From: Lama glama
Taxonomy: Eukaryota
Assembly: GCA_028534125.1 (NCBI GenBank)
Contig: CM052832.1
Coordinates: forward strand, 20,090,001-20,154,000
DNA: 64,000 nt
Reading direction: 5' to 3'
Part shown: piece after piece, positions 26,191 to 38,839 of the stretch
Layout: each line of letters begins with the position of its first letter
How positions within the stretch are numbered: position 1 is the stretch's first letter
Position numbers and translations under genes: made by a program
Notes under the pieces: model-generated
Database searches by the model: none
Seen by the model: only the letters and a program-made list of their open reading frames with translations
What the model was told of the DNA's origin: nothing

Positions 26191-27374
26191 TACATCTGTA
26201 TAATGTATATCTTTTGTATATTTTAATAATGTATATCTTTTGTATATCTTTTTAATTTTTACTTTCAGAGATGGTGCACCAACTTTTACTCTGTGCTAAT
26301 TTGAAATCCTAATGGTTAAAAATTATACTTTCATTTCCATGCTATGAATAATCAGTGTGCTTTATGGACTTAAAATGAACATCTAGACAGAGAGTGAGCT
26401 ATCTGGGAAGCAATGGCTAATATGAAGCTTACTAAAATAGATTCCTAAGATGCTATAACTATCTGTGCTGTATATGGTGAGGGACTCAAGCGTTAAATTA
26501 AATCCCATTTCACATTAGAGACCATTAAGATATTCATTGATTTAAGAGATGTTTATTGAACAGCTTAGTCTGAGCAAACATCACACTAGACAATATAAGG
26601 GGTAAAATATGCATAGAAGCAGTTCCCCAGGCATCAAGGAACTTGTATGATATGGCAGGAAAATACGATTGTGGGGAAAGAGAACAACAGTAGAGATCCA
26701 AAAACAGCCCAGATGGGGGAGGGGCATGAGTGGCCTTACATTTGTAGAGAGTTTGACACTCTTCCCCAGTCAAGACTATGAAGTTTGGAATTATAAATCT
26801 AATTTAATATCTTGACCCAAATACTCTCTGGTCATCCACTCTTGACTTGCAATCCCATCTACTTTAATTTTATTATAGCAATTTAGAAACCTACTCTACT
26901 TTTTTTTTTTTTTTTGGTTAGTATTCTCTTTAAGAATACTAAAAATCAGACCAAGGAGAAACACTGCATTGAAATTTTTTTGTTGTTTTCTTCTTTTGTT
27001 GGCTGGTTCATTTCTAAGTATTCTAACTCACAAAACGTATACTGCCTTGCAAACAGCAGAGCTAATACTTCATGGGGAACACTAACTTTGCATCTACCTT
27101 TCCTTACCCCAAGATCCATCCTTTAGTTGGTAAGACTGAATATGCTCCCAAAATTAAAACCAGCAGAAAACATAAGCACAAGAATCTAAAGAAACAAAGG
27201 AAAACAGACTTTTAAAAATACCTATAGCTGCTGCTTAAAACTTAACTTGGCTCAGAGAGCTTGCATACACTAAAGAGTATGTAGTGAATATTTTTCACAG
27301 TGTCATTGACTGAGTTTTGGCCAGAAGTGTAACTAATGTCACATCTAAGAAGAAAGTTATAAGTTAAGTTCCAG

Positions 27375-27560
27375 CTTAGCATAGTAGATAATGTTTGGGT
27401 TCTGGAATCCAATCTCCTGGTTTAAAATCTTCGTTCCTCATAAGATCCTGGCCAAGTTACTTAACCTCTGTGAGTCTCAGTTTCTCAACTGTAGAATGGG
27501 AGAAATAGTAAGTAATGTCTATTTTATGGTAGGTTTGATGACATAATGAGTACATCTCAA
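27375..27560 (+). mobile_element. MIR SINE
   Basis: 'ggccaagttacttaacctctgtgagtctcagtttctcaactgtagaatggg'. Confidence 0.85.
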
Positions 27561-27599
27561 ATGTCAGAGGCTTAATCAATTAAAACAGTACCATTCCCA

Positions 27600-27995
27600 G
27601 TATAGCCTAATGTACATCCCTGGTTAGATGGCTCTTCTGCAAGTGGGCTCCTTTTATTTTGTGATGTCATCCTCTTTAATATGTAGATCCCAAAGATGCT
27701 ACCCTGTGTGTTTATGTGCGCGTGTGTGCACGTGTGTGTGTGCATGCATACATGTATGTTGGGGAAAGGGGAGGGAGGATCACCGTTTCAGCCACCCAGA
27801 AACAGAAAAGAGCATGGAAGACTGTGCATGGAAGGTGTACATGGTCCTGGACTGGAAATACAAAATTTCACAGCTGTTTACATTACATTGATCTAAAGTC
27901 AGTCACAAAGCCATAGGTAACTACAAGATCAACTAGAAAATGTAGTCAGAAGACAAGAAACGAGGCTTTGGTGAATGCCTAGTAGCTCTGCCAGA
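27600..27995 (-). mobile_element. MaLR (MLT1-type) LTR with an internal TG-rich microsatellite (~27705-27760)
   Basis: 'cattacattgatctaaagtcagtcacaaagcc...tagaaaatgtagtc', ends 'gctctgccaga'. Confidence 0.65.
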
Positions 27996-28789
27996 ATTCT
28001 GTACCTCAAAGTTCCTTGTGAGATTTAAAGTAGATGAAAATTTGTGAAATCTTTGGAATTATACCTTGCAACACAATAAATATGAATCTTTCCTTACATT
28101 GTTTATTACTACTTTTTCATAATCTCAAGTGTTAGCTATCTTTCACAATCAATTCTAAAACTTAAGGCTTCTACAAACCAGCTGGCAATCCATTACTACT
28201 CAGGAGAACAAGATGCCTGCATCATTGGAAATTCAATTAGCAAGGTATTCATTCAGCAGCTTAACTCTTCCTGTTTTAGACCTATACACCCAGATCAATT
28301 TAAAGAAGATATGACATATTAAATATTTATATGAAAAAAATAGCCAGAGTAATGTGAACCTTTCAACTCAACAAAATGGAACCTCCACTGTTATGTCTGC
28401 TCTTAGATCATAAAGGATTTCCCTTAATGGCAAGCATGTAAATTAGGTACGTCATTCACTGGCATTTCATCAGAACTGCTTTGTGGTTTGGGGAAAATCT
28501 TTATTGCCCCCTCCAATTTTTTTAATGTTACTTGAGTTTTTTTTTTTTTTTTTTAATCATATCACTCTTGTCTTGAGTCTAGCATTTTGAGGGCAGGGAC
28601 TATCTAGTTTCTCACATCCAGGAGAAAAGACACTAGGTTTTGGCAAATGCCTAGTAGCTCTGCTAGAATTTTAAGGGCAGGATCTGTATTTTTTTTTTTA
28701 ACATCTAACACATTGCATTAAACATTCCAAGTGTCCTATAAATCCTGGCTTATTTGATTCTTTGTATCCCTGCTGCATGATGGGCAAGG

Positions 28790-28990
28790 ACAGACTTGGA
28801 GTCTGACTACCACATGGTAGCCTCTGGGACCCTGGGCAAATTACCTACACTTTCTAAGCCTCAATCTCTTCCTCAGTGAGTGAAGGAAATAGTAGTGCCC
28901 ACCTGTAAATTTGCAGGTAAGTATAAAGCGAGATCAGAACTGAGTAGGTAAAAGCTGCTCACAGTATTACTTATTGTTATTATTAATGTT
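28790..28990 (+). mobile_element. MIR SINE
   Basis: 'gaccctgggcaaattacctacactttctaagcctcaatctcttcctc'. Confidence 0.8.
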
Positions 28991-31289
28991 AAATGGCTGA
29001 GGGTGCTTGGAATAAGCAGGGTGATGAATAAAAATAGGTGGAAAAGAGTCGATATTGGAATTAAGTAACTCAAGAATGCCTGAATCACTAGCCCTGATAA
29101 AGTTAAGTCCATTAGCGAATTAAGGCAAACCATCACTTTTTATCTTTCCAGAGTCCTTTCACTTCCAAGATGCCAGATCACTGTTACAGCACATTTGAAA
29201 ACTGCTAATGGGCAGGTGAACACCTGGGAGATTTTGGAAGCATTAGGATGATTCATTTCCCTTCCCAGAGAGAGAGACAGAGTGCAGATGAAAGAATCAC
29301 TTCTTTCCTTAACCCGGTTTTAAATAATCCCACGGAAAGAACAGGCAGTGTCTCTATTTGCACTATTTTTTGGTAGAGGTAATCATTATTTCTCAGTATT
29401 ATCTCAGGATATGAAACAGATCTTATATAAGTAGCCTGACTGAATCACACTGCCCTCTGTCATCCTGACCTGTCCATGTGGATAAACTGCCGTATGAGTG
29501 GCCGTTAAGAGTCTGAGTATTATTGAATTGGTTAAAAGCATTAAAACCAGCATAAGAGTCCTGAGCCCACTGGGGAGAGCGAGAAAGATGAGCAAAGTTT
29601 TCACTCTTAGCTTCGAGACTCCTTAAACTTCAACATTAAAGGCAGCCCTGAAAGGAATAATGCTTTCCTCAAAGGAAGCCACCCTTTGAATAAATCATGA
29701 TTTACTCCTCCTGTTTCCCCCAAGCTGCTTTCCCCATCACATAATTTTTTATCTGGTAAAATTCAGCCAAAGAAAGCATTGTGAGCAGGGCTCGAGCTTG
29801 TCCTGGAGTAGAAATAGAAAGAGATGTGAAAACTAGTTCCAAGGCAGGGTCTGCTGGACAGGGCAGGTCTAGGATGGGAGGCTGTTCCTTTTCATAACTT
29901 GTCCTGTAGGCGTCTTCTGAGGCTGACTTGTCCAGCTGACTTGAAAATCCAGAGAAGCCTTTTTTGGCTAACTTATGTAAAAAACAAAATGAAGACACAA
30001 ATATGATGGATAAAGGTAAATTGAGAAGATATAAAATGAGAACAGTGTGGCTTCCTTATGATAATATTTGGACCTTCCTGAATGTCCTGGTACTCTTGAA
30101 ATATACAAAGCCTAGTTTATGCCTCATGCCTGTGGCCCAGGTATAGAAGACATAGGTTCTGCATCAGCTTACTTTAGGAGTCCAGAGGCATACTCTTGTG
30201 TTATAATTGCGTAATGAGCATGAGAGGAAGGAGAGCAGTGTCTGCCTCCGTTGGCCCCATGAACAGAGAAAGGCAGGTGGCTCCCACCGAGCCTAATCAC
30301 GCAGGTTTAAAAACGTTTGGCTCCTGCCATCCCACGATGAGGGAGGGTGGGGGGGGGCGAGTTAAATGTTGGTCATTTTTCATTCTCTCCAGAGGGGATC
30401 CTCCCGGTGCCAATCTCTGAAAAGGCTGGAAGACCCTGAAACAGATCTCCCCGGAAACCCAGCCAAAAAAAGAAAGTAAGCTGTGGCATTTATCCCTTTC
30501 TGGATCTGCTTTCTATCTGTGCTTTAGCCATCTAGGCACAGGTATTGTACATCTGACTCACAATGCCCCAAGTTTGTATCTGCCCTTTCCTCCAGCCCCC
30601 ATCCAAACTGCCTCAGGGCATTCTAAAAGCACCGGGTCATGCAAAGATGTAAATAATTAATACCTCTTCACAGATTTCCATTTTAATTGGTTTTCTTTAC
30701 TGAATAAATGACCAAGGAGTGGTAAACAAAATGGAGAAAAGTCAAGGACATGATATGGGGTTGTTCTGGGGATGTTGCTGAACTAAGGACCCTTCTCAAT
30801 ATCACCAATCCTGTTTTTATCTTTTTCATCCCAGCAAGCAGATAATGAAACCCACATATTCGTTTAAAAAAAAAGAAGAAGAAGAAAAAAATTCTTGTCT
30901 CTTCCCAAAATGGCATTTTCCCTGCAGGAAAGGACTGATCTCATGGATGGCATTTAAATAGGTGACACGTTGAGAATTTAAGGGCGGCAACTATAATCGA
31001 TTCCAAACCCCACAAAATTAGAGAGAAGAAAGAGACCCTAGGAGGCAAGACCCAAAGTCAAGGGCAGTGAAAGACCTGTAAATAAGCCCCAGGTCACCAG
31101 ACTCACAGGTCTGTGTTCTTCCCATCACGTAAATGCTGGATTCTGTTCTCTAGGAAGCAGAGTACCCCAGGGCTCAAGAACTCCGGTTCTTCAGCTGGGA
31201 AACAAACACGGTTGGGAATCCATGTCAGCCATTGTGCAAGGTGCTTCATCTTTAAAGCCTTGCTCACTCAAAAGAAGGTTCAGAGACCA

Positions 31290-31590
31290 GCACTGCGCCT
31301 AGCATCACCAGGGGCTTATTAGAGTGTTAGAGCTACAGGATTTCCGGCCTCACTACAAACCTACCTACTGGGAAGCCTCATTTTAGTAAGACCCCCAGGA
31401 GACTCGCATGCACATCAGAGTTCGAAAAATATGACTTAAAAATCAGTGGCTCTCATTTCTGGATTCTCATTAGAGTCAGTGGGGAAGTAATTTTTTTTTT
31501 TAAAAATACTGATGCCTGGGCTTCACCCCAGAGGTTCTCCTTGGGCATCCGTTAGAACTCGCTTTATGGGGTTATCAGGTGATTTCAATT
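31290..31590. mobile_element. Two adjacent hAT-Charlie MITE remnants (MER5-like)
   Basis: 'gcatcaccaggggcttattaga...cattttagtaagacccccaggagactc' and 'cagtggctctca...taaaaatactgatgcctgggc'. Confidence 0.7.
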
Positions 31591-32949
31591 ACAGAATGAG
31601 TAGAGGGACACCTGTGTACGCTAGCAGACTAGCAGCCCTTCCCACTCATGGGTTCTATTGAAGATTACATGGGACAATGCTTATAAAGAACTTGTTACGT
31701 ACCCAGCATAGACCATGTGCTCCAAAAATGTGGTTTATTTCTCTCTTTCCTCCTCCTTTTCCTCTCCCTCTCTTTCTCTTTCTTTATAACATAACGTATA
31801 AGTTAAAGCAAGCATTACCTCGGAAATGTCAAAAATTTTGCTATTTATTTATTCATTATTTTGAATTTTTTTAGTAAATAAAATTTAATGAGTTCATAGG
31901 ATGTATCTGGCAGTGTCCTATGCACTGGCCCAACAACCCAAACCCCTCCTGTGCCAAAAGCTCTATGAAAACAGAAAATTTTGTTTCTGTTTCCACTACA
32001 CACCCAGCCCTGTGTTCCAGAGTCCAATGCCTGCTTTATGACAGGAAGTAAAACAAATAAATGCTGAAATACATATCCCCAAAAAGCAATCAGTACTTCA
32101 GTCAACTATTTCTGGAGGGGGGACAAAATCTTTTGCTTTGAATATCTACAACAAAGGAAGAGTTCAACAATTTTTTCTTAGTTGGATTTCTTAAATTTTG
32201 AAAATCTGTTATGTTCCCCTTGAAATCAATAATCGTAACAATATCAAATTATCACTCCCCCTCCAAAAAATAGTATTCAGAGCACTTAAGAAATCATTAA
32301 GTGGAGACCAAGCAATTTCTGGTCAGAGACCCTGCTCTCTGAGCTACCCCTCATCTCTGCACCGTCGATGTGAAGCACAGAGCAGTAAAGATACAGGAAG
32401 GGCTGCTTCAGGGTGATTATGATCAAGGGTTTACATTTTAATATCTCCACATTTTTGTCTGATCAGAAGATTATTACTCACTGTTTCTAATTGTTCCATT
32501 TCTGGATTCGTTCATAAATACACATCACAGGAACATTTTCAAAAGATCTGTCACAGAACTGTCTCTATTTTTTTGTGCTTTTACATGTAAAAGCCCCCAA
32601 AAGAATTGTCAGCAACTCAAAATAGTGATTATGTAAATGAAAAAAAAAAAATCCTGCTTTTAAACCAAAGAAAGGCAAAGCTATTTAGAGCAAGGACCCT
32701 CCTCTCCCCACCAGGCAGGCAAAGCAGCCCGGTTCCTCCCTCTTCTCAAATCTGGGGGAACATTCTCTCCAGAGCACACCAACTGCACCTTTCAGTGGAT
32801 TAGGGGCCAATGGCCAACCTGCACCTTCCCCCTTTATCATAAAATGCAAACTCTTCTTGATTTTCTGGTACTTGTGTCAGGCCATTGAATGTTTGTTTCA
32901 TCTTTTGTGGTTGACTATACATTTTGGTTGGAAGAGAAAAAAGCCCTCC

Positions 32950-34030
32950 AGATATTACAATAAACACACACACACACACATACACAGAGGCAGAAAAAAA
33001 AATTCTATTTCCATTGAGCTTAACCATCAGCAGGGCCCAAATTACCTCTTATTAACATTTATTTTACAAAAGAGGCAGGGTATAATTTGGTGATAGATTC
33101 AGATTTGGAGAGGAGCTATAATCAGCCTCCTGAAGGGCTCTGCCTGGAGTCCATGGCTGCTATTTTTTGTAATTATATTTCTCTGCCTCCCCCACCCCCC
33201 TCCTCAGGCTGTAGAGTCTTTACTCCCATCTCTGGTGCTAGAATTTCTCCCTCCTCCCTCCTCCTCTTCTTTCTCTCCTCCAGAGGGGGAAGGGCCCTTC
33301 TCTCTCCCTTTCTCTCTTTGGGCCTCTTTGAATAATGCAGACTCTTTCAACAACCCAGGCAGGCTTGAAGATTAGGAAGCCTGTTTGTGGAGACGGGGGC
33401 TGGCTGAATAGGAGCAGGAGAGGCCCCACTCCCCTGGCAAACAAGGCCCTGGGAACCCATCCAACTGTGGAGAGCATGTGCCGGGGGGCTGAATAGGCAA
33501 GCAGCAGGCTGGCCCATATGTCGGCCTGGGCCACAAAGACTCCTCTGCATATCTACCATGACAAACAGGATTACCGAAGACAATTAATCTGGCACGCTTT
33601 ATCAAAATCAAGCACTGACCCCCGACCTCTCCCCTCGGTGTGCGGCAGATGCCACGCTCCAATTCAATAGACCTTGAGTGTTCCCTTTTTCACTTCTGAA
33701 AAGAATCCAAGGCCTGAATAAGCCTGGCACGGACTAATTGCAACTACTGTGTGATGGTGACAGTCCTCATCAAATAGGGTGAGTCTACCTTTTCTCCCAC
33801 TTTTAATGGAGAGGCTGGCCAGAGCTCCCGGTCTGCAGCAGAAAGAAAGAGAAATGCATCAATTTTACTTTTATTCTTCGTGTCTGGGGCCAGCAGCTCG
33901 CTGGCGCTGGGAGAAAGAGATAGAGAAGTGGGTAGCTGCTATTCTGCTGCTAATTGCCTGATGTTTCAGAGTTCATTCTAGTGGGAGAAGGCCCGCTAAT
34001 GACTGAAGATCATAATGGTTTTCATGAATT
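32950..34030. promoter_or_regulatory. Candidate conserved enhancer or promoter-like block
   Basis: About 1 kb without recognisable repeats, GC-raised, CT-rich tract, (CA)n at its left edge, homeobox-type TAAT motifs, retained CpGs. Confidence 0.5.
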
Positions 34031-34661
34031 GGTTCATCCTTCCGTGGTACTTTCTGGGAGAGGTACTAAGGCAGCAGAAAAGTCACGGGGGCCTCTGGAA
34101 TCACAAAATCTCAAATCTTGACTCCATCTAGCCCATTCCTGTAATTTAATCCAGTTTATCTGACTCTCCACAGCTGCACTCTTTTCGGATCCAGATAAGA
34201 GAAACCCCGAATTTGTTCCTGTTAAGGATATTCACAAAACTGCTTGAATCAGTTTATAAATGAGAGTCCTGTGTAGAAAGGAAATAGTTATCATTTTTCT
34301 TGAAGCTTTTAAGGTTTGAGAGACTAATGCAAGAAGGGAAGGCTTTGGCCCTATCTCTTCTTACTGGGGAGGGCCTTTGGGAGAATACAGGGGTCAGAAT
34401 TGAGCAGAGTTGACATTTAAACACTTTTCTGGGCCTCTCAATTTTCTCTTACCTAGAAATTAGCCCAAATACTCTAAGAACTCAGAAGCAGGGTAGCTGT
34501 TGGTTTGACTTTGGTGATCCCTTGGGTAGATACCTGAATAATTTCTTGATTTTGATTCCACCAGTTTTTCTCTAATAATAAATGAGACATTACTGCATGA
34601 ACTAATGCAGCTTTTCTTAAAAAGAAAACCCATTAAAAATACAGATTGTTTGACTTCATGG

Positions 34662-35173
34662 TGAGACAGGAGGGAAGTGGGCAGGGCACAACCATTAAAA
34701 GAAAGACAGGGCCAGTGAGCACACAACAAAAACTGGCGGATTAGACCCAAGATGGCAGAAGCTTCGACTTCCAGTAGATCTTGAGGCTCATTACACACTC
34801 ACTGTACTAGATTAGCATGCTCAGTAACACTCAGAAGGTGGGAGTTTCCCAGGCTGACCAGAAAAGGCCAAAAAGTGGGCGGTGGCCTAATTCCCCAAAA
34901 CCCCACCCCTTCCCCAAAGTAGTTACAGAATTCCTCCCACCTGTTAGCATGTGAAATCAGCCAGTAAAAGCTAACCACCCTCCACACCCCAGGGCCAACC
35001 TCGCCTTCTGAGACGCCCTGCCTAGGGAATGTGTCTCTCTAAATAAACTCGCTTTCACTTTATTTGGCTCCTTTTGAATTCTTCCCTGCATGAAGCCAAG
35101 GACCCTCCTTGGCGGTGGACTGGCCCAAGAACTGGGATGTGACCATTCTCTCGGTCCCCTGTCTCCTGCAACT
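34662..35173 (+). mobile_element. Solo ERV1 LTR, artiodactyl MER41-like
   Basis: Starts 'tgagacaggagggaag', AATAAA at ~35042, ends 'ctgcaact'; 4-bp TSD atgg at 34658-34661 and 35174-35177. Confidence 0.8.
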
Positions 35174-35259
35174 ATGGGACCTAATGCCTCAGATGCTCTT
35201 ACTGTGAGCCTCTGCCTACCTAGTCACCATATTCCCTAGATGATCTTAGTGAACACAAA

Positions 35260-35650
35260 CGTGAAATAAAAATCAGAATGGTGGCTGGGACCCATTTTTT
35301 GCCTCTGAAGAAACAGCCCACATCCAGCTTAGCAAAACTTCTAACGATCTGTTTACCAACGACGCCCACTTAACCTGCAGAAGCTTGAGTCTCGTTCTTT
35401 CTCAGCTGAGCTCCCCTGTTGTAGCCAATCAGCAGCGGCCTAAGTAACCCGCTGGCGCTGACCAATGAGAATCAAGCTCCTTGAAGTGCCTCGCGGGGCC
35501 TCATAAGCCTCAGTGTTACCTGCCTGAGAGGAGCGTCTGTCTGCTCTCAGTTTTGAAGTCCTCAGTTGGTGAGTTCTTTGATTATTACTCTATAAAATAT
35601 TCATAGCCAGTAAGCTCTCTGAATTTTCTAATGTCTGAGAATTAATGTTA
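35260..35650 (+). mobile_element. Second LTR-like element with tandem CCAAT boxes
   Basis: CCAAT at 35425 and 35462, CpG-rich, U3/R-like layout; ends not resolved. Confidence 0.5.
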
Positions 35651-35680
35651 CGGTGAAAAAGTCGTGGAGTGCCAGCGTTT

Positions 35681-35808
35681 GAAATTACCCCGCCCCTAAA
35701 AACTAACCCCATCCGCGTCCCAGGGCAGCCCTGGCGTCTGAGGGGCTCGGTTCTGCCTGTGAAACGTGTCTCTAAATAAACGCGCTTTCACTTTACTTTG
35801 GCTCTCTC
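35681..35808 (+). mobile_element. Partial second copy of the MER41-like LTR (poly(A)-signal region)
   Basis: Aligns with ~34953-35070, e.g. 'tctctaaataaac.cgctttcacttta'. Confidence 0.8.
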
Positions 35809-38369
35809 TTACCTTCGCTCTAGGTATGTTTGTAACTAAACTACCTGTGTCATCGTGGCTGAATCATTCTCTGTACTTCAGCTTCTTCATCGTAATGTCG
35901 GCACTGGGTCGTCTCCCCTGCCCAGGTCTAGCTTTGAAACACCTGTTGCTCTTGATCTAGTTTTCTGAGAGTGCCCTCCTTCCTGCCTTGCAGTCTGATG
36001 CGTTACGTGTCTTCCTAGCTCCCTTTCAGTCATATAATTTAGATTCTGTGCAAGGTTGCTGAGAAGGTACTGGAGTGGCAGGCTGTATGATTCTGGGCAC
36101 AGCTGCGGTATGGTTTTCTTTCTGGGCTAGTCAGTAAAATTGAGTGGAAGTGATCAAAGCTCAATTATCAAGACCGATTGTTGTTAAACAGCGTTTGAGT
36201 AAAGTCAGAGCACCACCGGGAAGTAGGGCTTGTAGTCACTCAACTTGAAGAAATTGAAGATGAATTTTACTAAAAGGCCTGAGAGTCTGGGTCTGAAAGT
36301 GGGTTGGGAAATTATATTCTCCTGAATTGTTGTGACCTTAGATCCAGCTGAGATTTCCTACTTGGTGTTCCAGTATAGGTGCCTGACTCTGGGGAGGGGC
36401 ATTAACCCTTGGAGAGTACAAGGACTCTACCCTCAAGGAAGTTCTCTGCTGACATTTCAACCAAGGCTGGAGGGAGATTCCTCTCTGTATGCATGTCCAC
36501 CATGGGATTACATAGCACCCTTGCACTTAGGTGCATTTTTCTTGAACACAGACGTCTCCCCTAAAAATATGAAAACCTTGTTTTACTGCATTTATATGGG
36601 AAAATATTCGCAATTAAGTTATTAATAAGCTTAGGGATTTGCAAGGTCCGAGATCACCAAGGTTGTCTCCAACTAATGTTAAGCATCCTAGTATATGTAA
36701 GCCTCAACATACAGAGAAGAATTTCTAGGAAAATGATGCATAAGTATGGTAAAAGAAGTAAGGACTTTAAAAATATTTATTTTAGAAGGAAAAATTGGGA
36801 GAGTAGGTGATTTTTTTTTTCCTATAAGGCTTCAGGAAGAAAATATGTATTTGTTTTGTTATATCCTGTAACATGACATAAAACTAGATAGATAGATAGA
36901 TAATTTGAGACTGAAGAGAAGATAAGAGAGTAATCATTGATGTGTAAGGCATAGGGTTCTTAGTCAATAAAAATATGGTTAGTAAGCACTTAACTAGACA
37001 GTCCTGGCGTCTTGAACTATTTTCCATTCCTGACTTTCCAGCTTTACTAAACAATTCTGGTATTTTAATGATACAGAGACCCAACTCACCCAGATGTAAG
37101 TGTATACACGTGGATGGAGGTAGTCATGTGCTAGTTATTAAGATGATTCTGGGCAAAGCTAATTTACTGGGCTGTGTTACTGAGAAAAAATGAAGCCCCG
37201 CCCTCATGATGTGGGGAGGAGTCAGGGATGGGATTTCAGGCTGGCAGAACTCAACTGACGACTCATTATACGAAGTCCGTGACCGCTATAGGGTTCTTGT
37301 CCTGGAGTAAAAAATGTCTTAATGCTGATGAAGCAAGGAATGATTGTCCTTGAGAAGCCAGCTGGTGGACTCGCAGCTTGCTGGGGGCAGGCACTCAGTA
37401 TCTCTCATACCACCTTTCAATTGGTGCTGTTCCCTCGCTTAAAAATCTACACTTCTGCCCATGTGATGTTTCATTTCTTGTGAGCGTCTGAGCAGAAAAT
37501 GCACCTGACTATAAACCTGGAGCCCTTGTAACATCTAGAAAACCCTGGAGTAACCCACTACCACTGGATGGATGGGAAATATCTGTACCCCACCCTCTTT
37601 ATCTCCCCTCTTTTGACTGTTTAAGTGGTGAACCCCCTGCTCCCACCCCATGAATGCTGAGATAAACTGCTGCTTAGATAATTCACTGTCAAAAATACTG
37701 AGCACACTTTAGCGGGATGGCAGGCGTAATGGTCTTTTCAAGTGCTGCAGCACAAAAGCTGAGCCTATCAAGATTTTTTGGCAGGCTTGGCGTTTAACTT
37801 GTCATGTTATATATTGCAGAAGTGCAATTCGGGATCAGTATAAATCAGCTTAGAGGACGTAGGGGAGCTGTGGGAAAGCGTTGCATCAGCAAGCCTTGGG
37901 CTAAACAGAAGGTGGCAGCATTTTAACATCGTCAGGCACCTGCACATCCAGGGCACACACAGATGCCATCGCCATGATCCTTGAGTTCTTCTCTAAATCC
38001 CTGACAGGTAGTTTACAGCGTCATGCTTATTGCAGCAAGGAAACTGAACAGAATGAGGAGAGGTTTATTTGGAGCTCTGGACACTTAGAGGCTCAACTGG
38101 CAAAATATACAGCAGATAGGAAACCATGGCATTGGGCAGAAAACATTAGTGTCGGAAAGTTGCCTTTTTTCATTCTTAGTGAAAACACCAGTGTTAAATG
38201 TAAATAATACATCAAATTAAGCCCAGAAAGGGATTGGCAGTTTCCATTGTCTGTTTCCAAGTGGAACTAATTTGTAACAGTGGGAAAACCCTGTGAATAA
38301 GAAAATGGTGGTCCAGTATGGACTCCAGTGTGAATCCTCAGGTGATAAGTAAAACCTATGAGCTTATGT

Positions 38370-38760
38370 TTAATGTTTGACGCCCTAAGTTAACTTCTAG
38401 CTTCTCTACTAGCTAGCTTATGACCGAGGGCAAATCTCCAAGCCTCAGTTTCTTCATTTTTAAGTTGGAGTAATAAATGCACCTCTGTGATAAGATTGTG
38501 ATGATTTGTGGGAGCATATGTGTAATCACAGTGCCTGGTTCATACCAGGTGTTCAATAAATTTTATCTTTATGATCATTACTATTACTGTTATTTTTACT
38601 GTTCTCAACACTGTTGTGTACATTATCTAATTTTATTCTTATAGTGATTCTGAGAAGCGGGTGAGAAAGGACTTCTTCAGTTTACAATTCGGGTTAATGA
38701 GGGTTGGTTAAGTGGCATGCTATGTTGCAAGCCCTACCCTTTCTCTGGGACTCCATTTTC
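38370..38760. mobile_element. Two MIR SINEs, tail to tail
   Basis: Plus copy 'gcctcagtttcttcatttttaagttgg...cagtgcctgg...tcaataaa', then minus-like 'gttaatgagggttggttaagtggcatgc'. Confidence 0.65.
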
Positions 38761-38839
38761 TCATCAGTTAAGAAACAGGGCTAGGGAAGGGGAGTTTAAA
38801 GTTCTTTCCAGTTTTAACATTTGCAACTGCTTTGTTTGG

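Noticed and set aside
26191..26255. Duplicated 'taatgtatatcttttgtatat' beside the gap
   Set aside because: Low-complexity AT repeat at a contig edge; may be assembly-related
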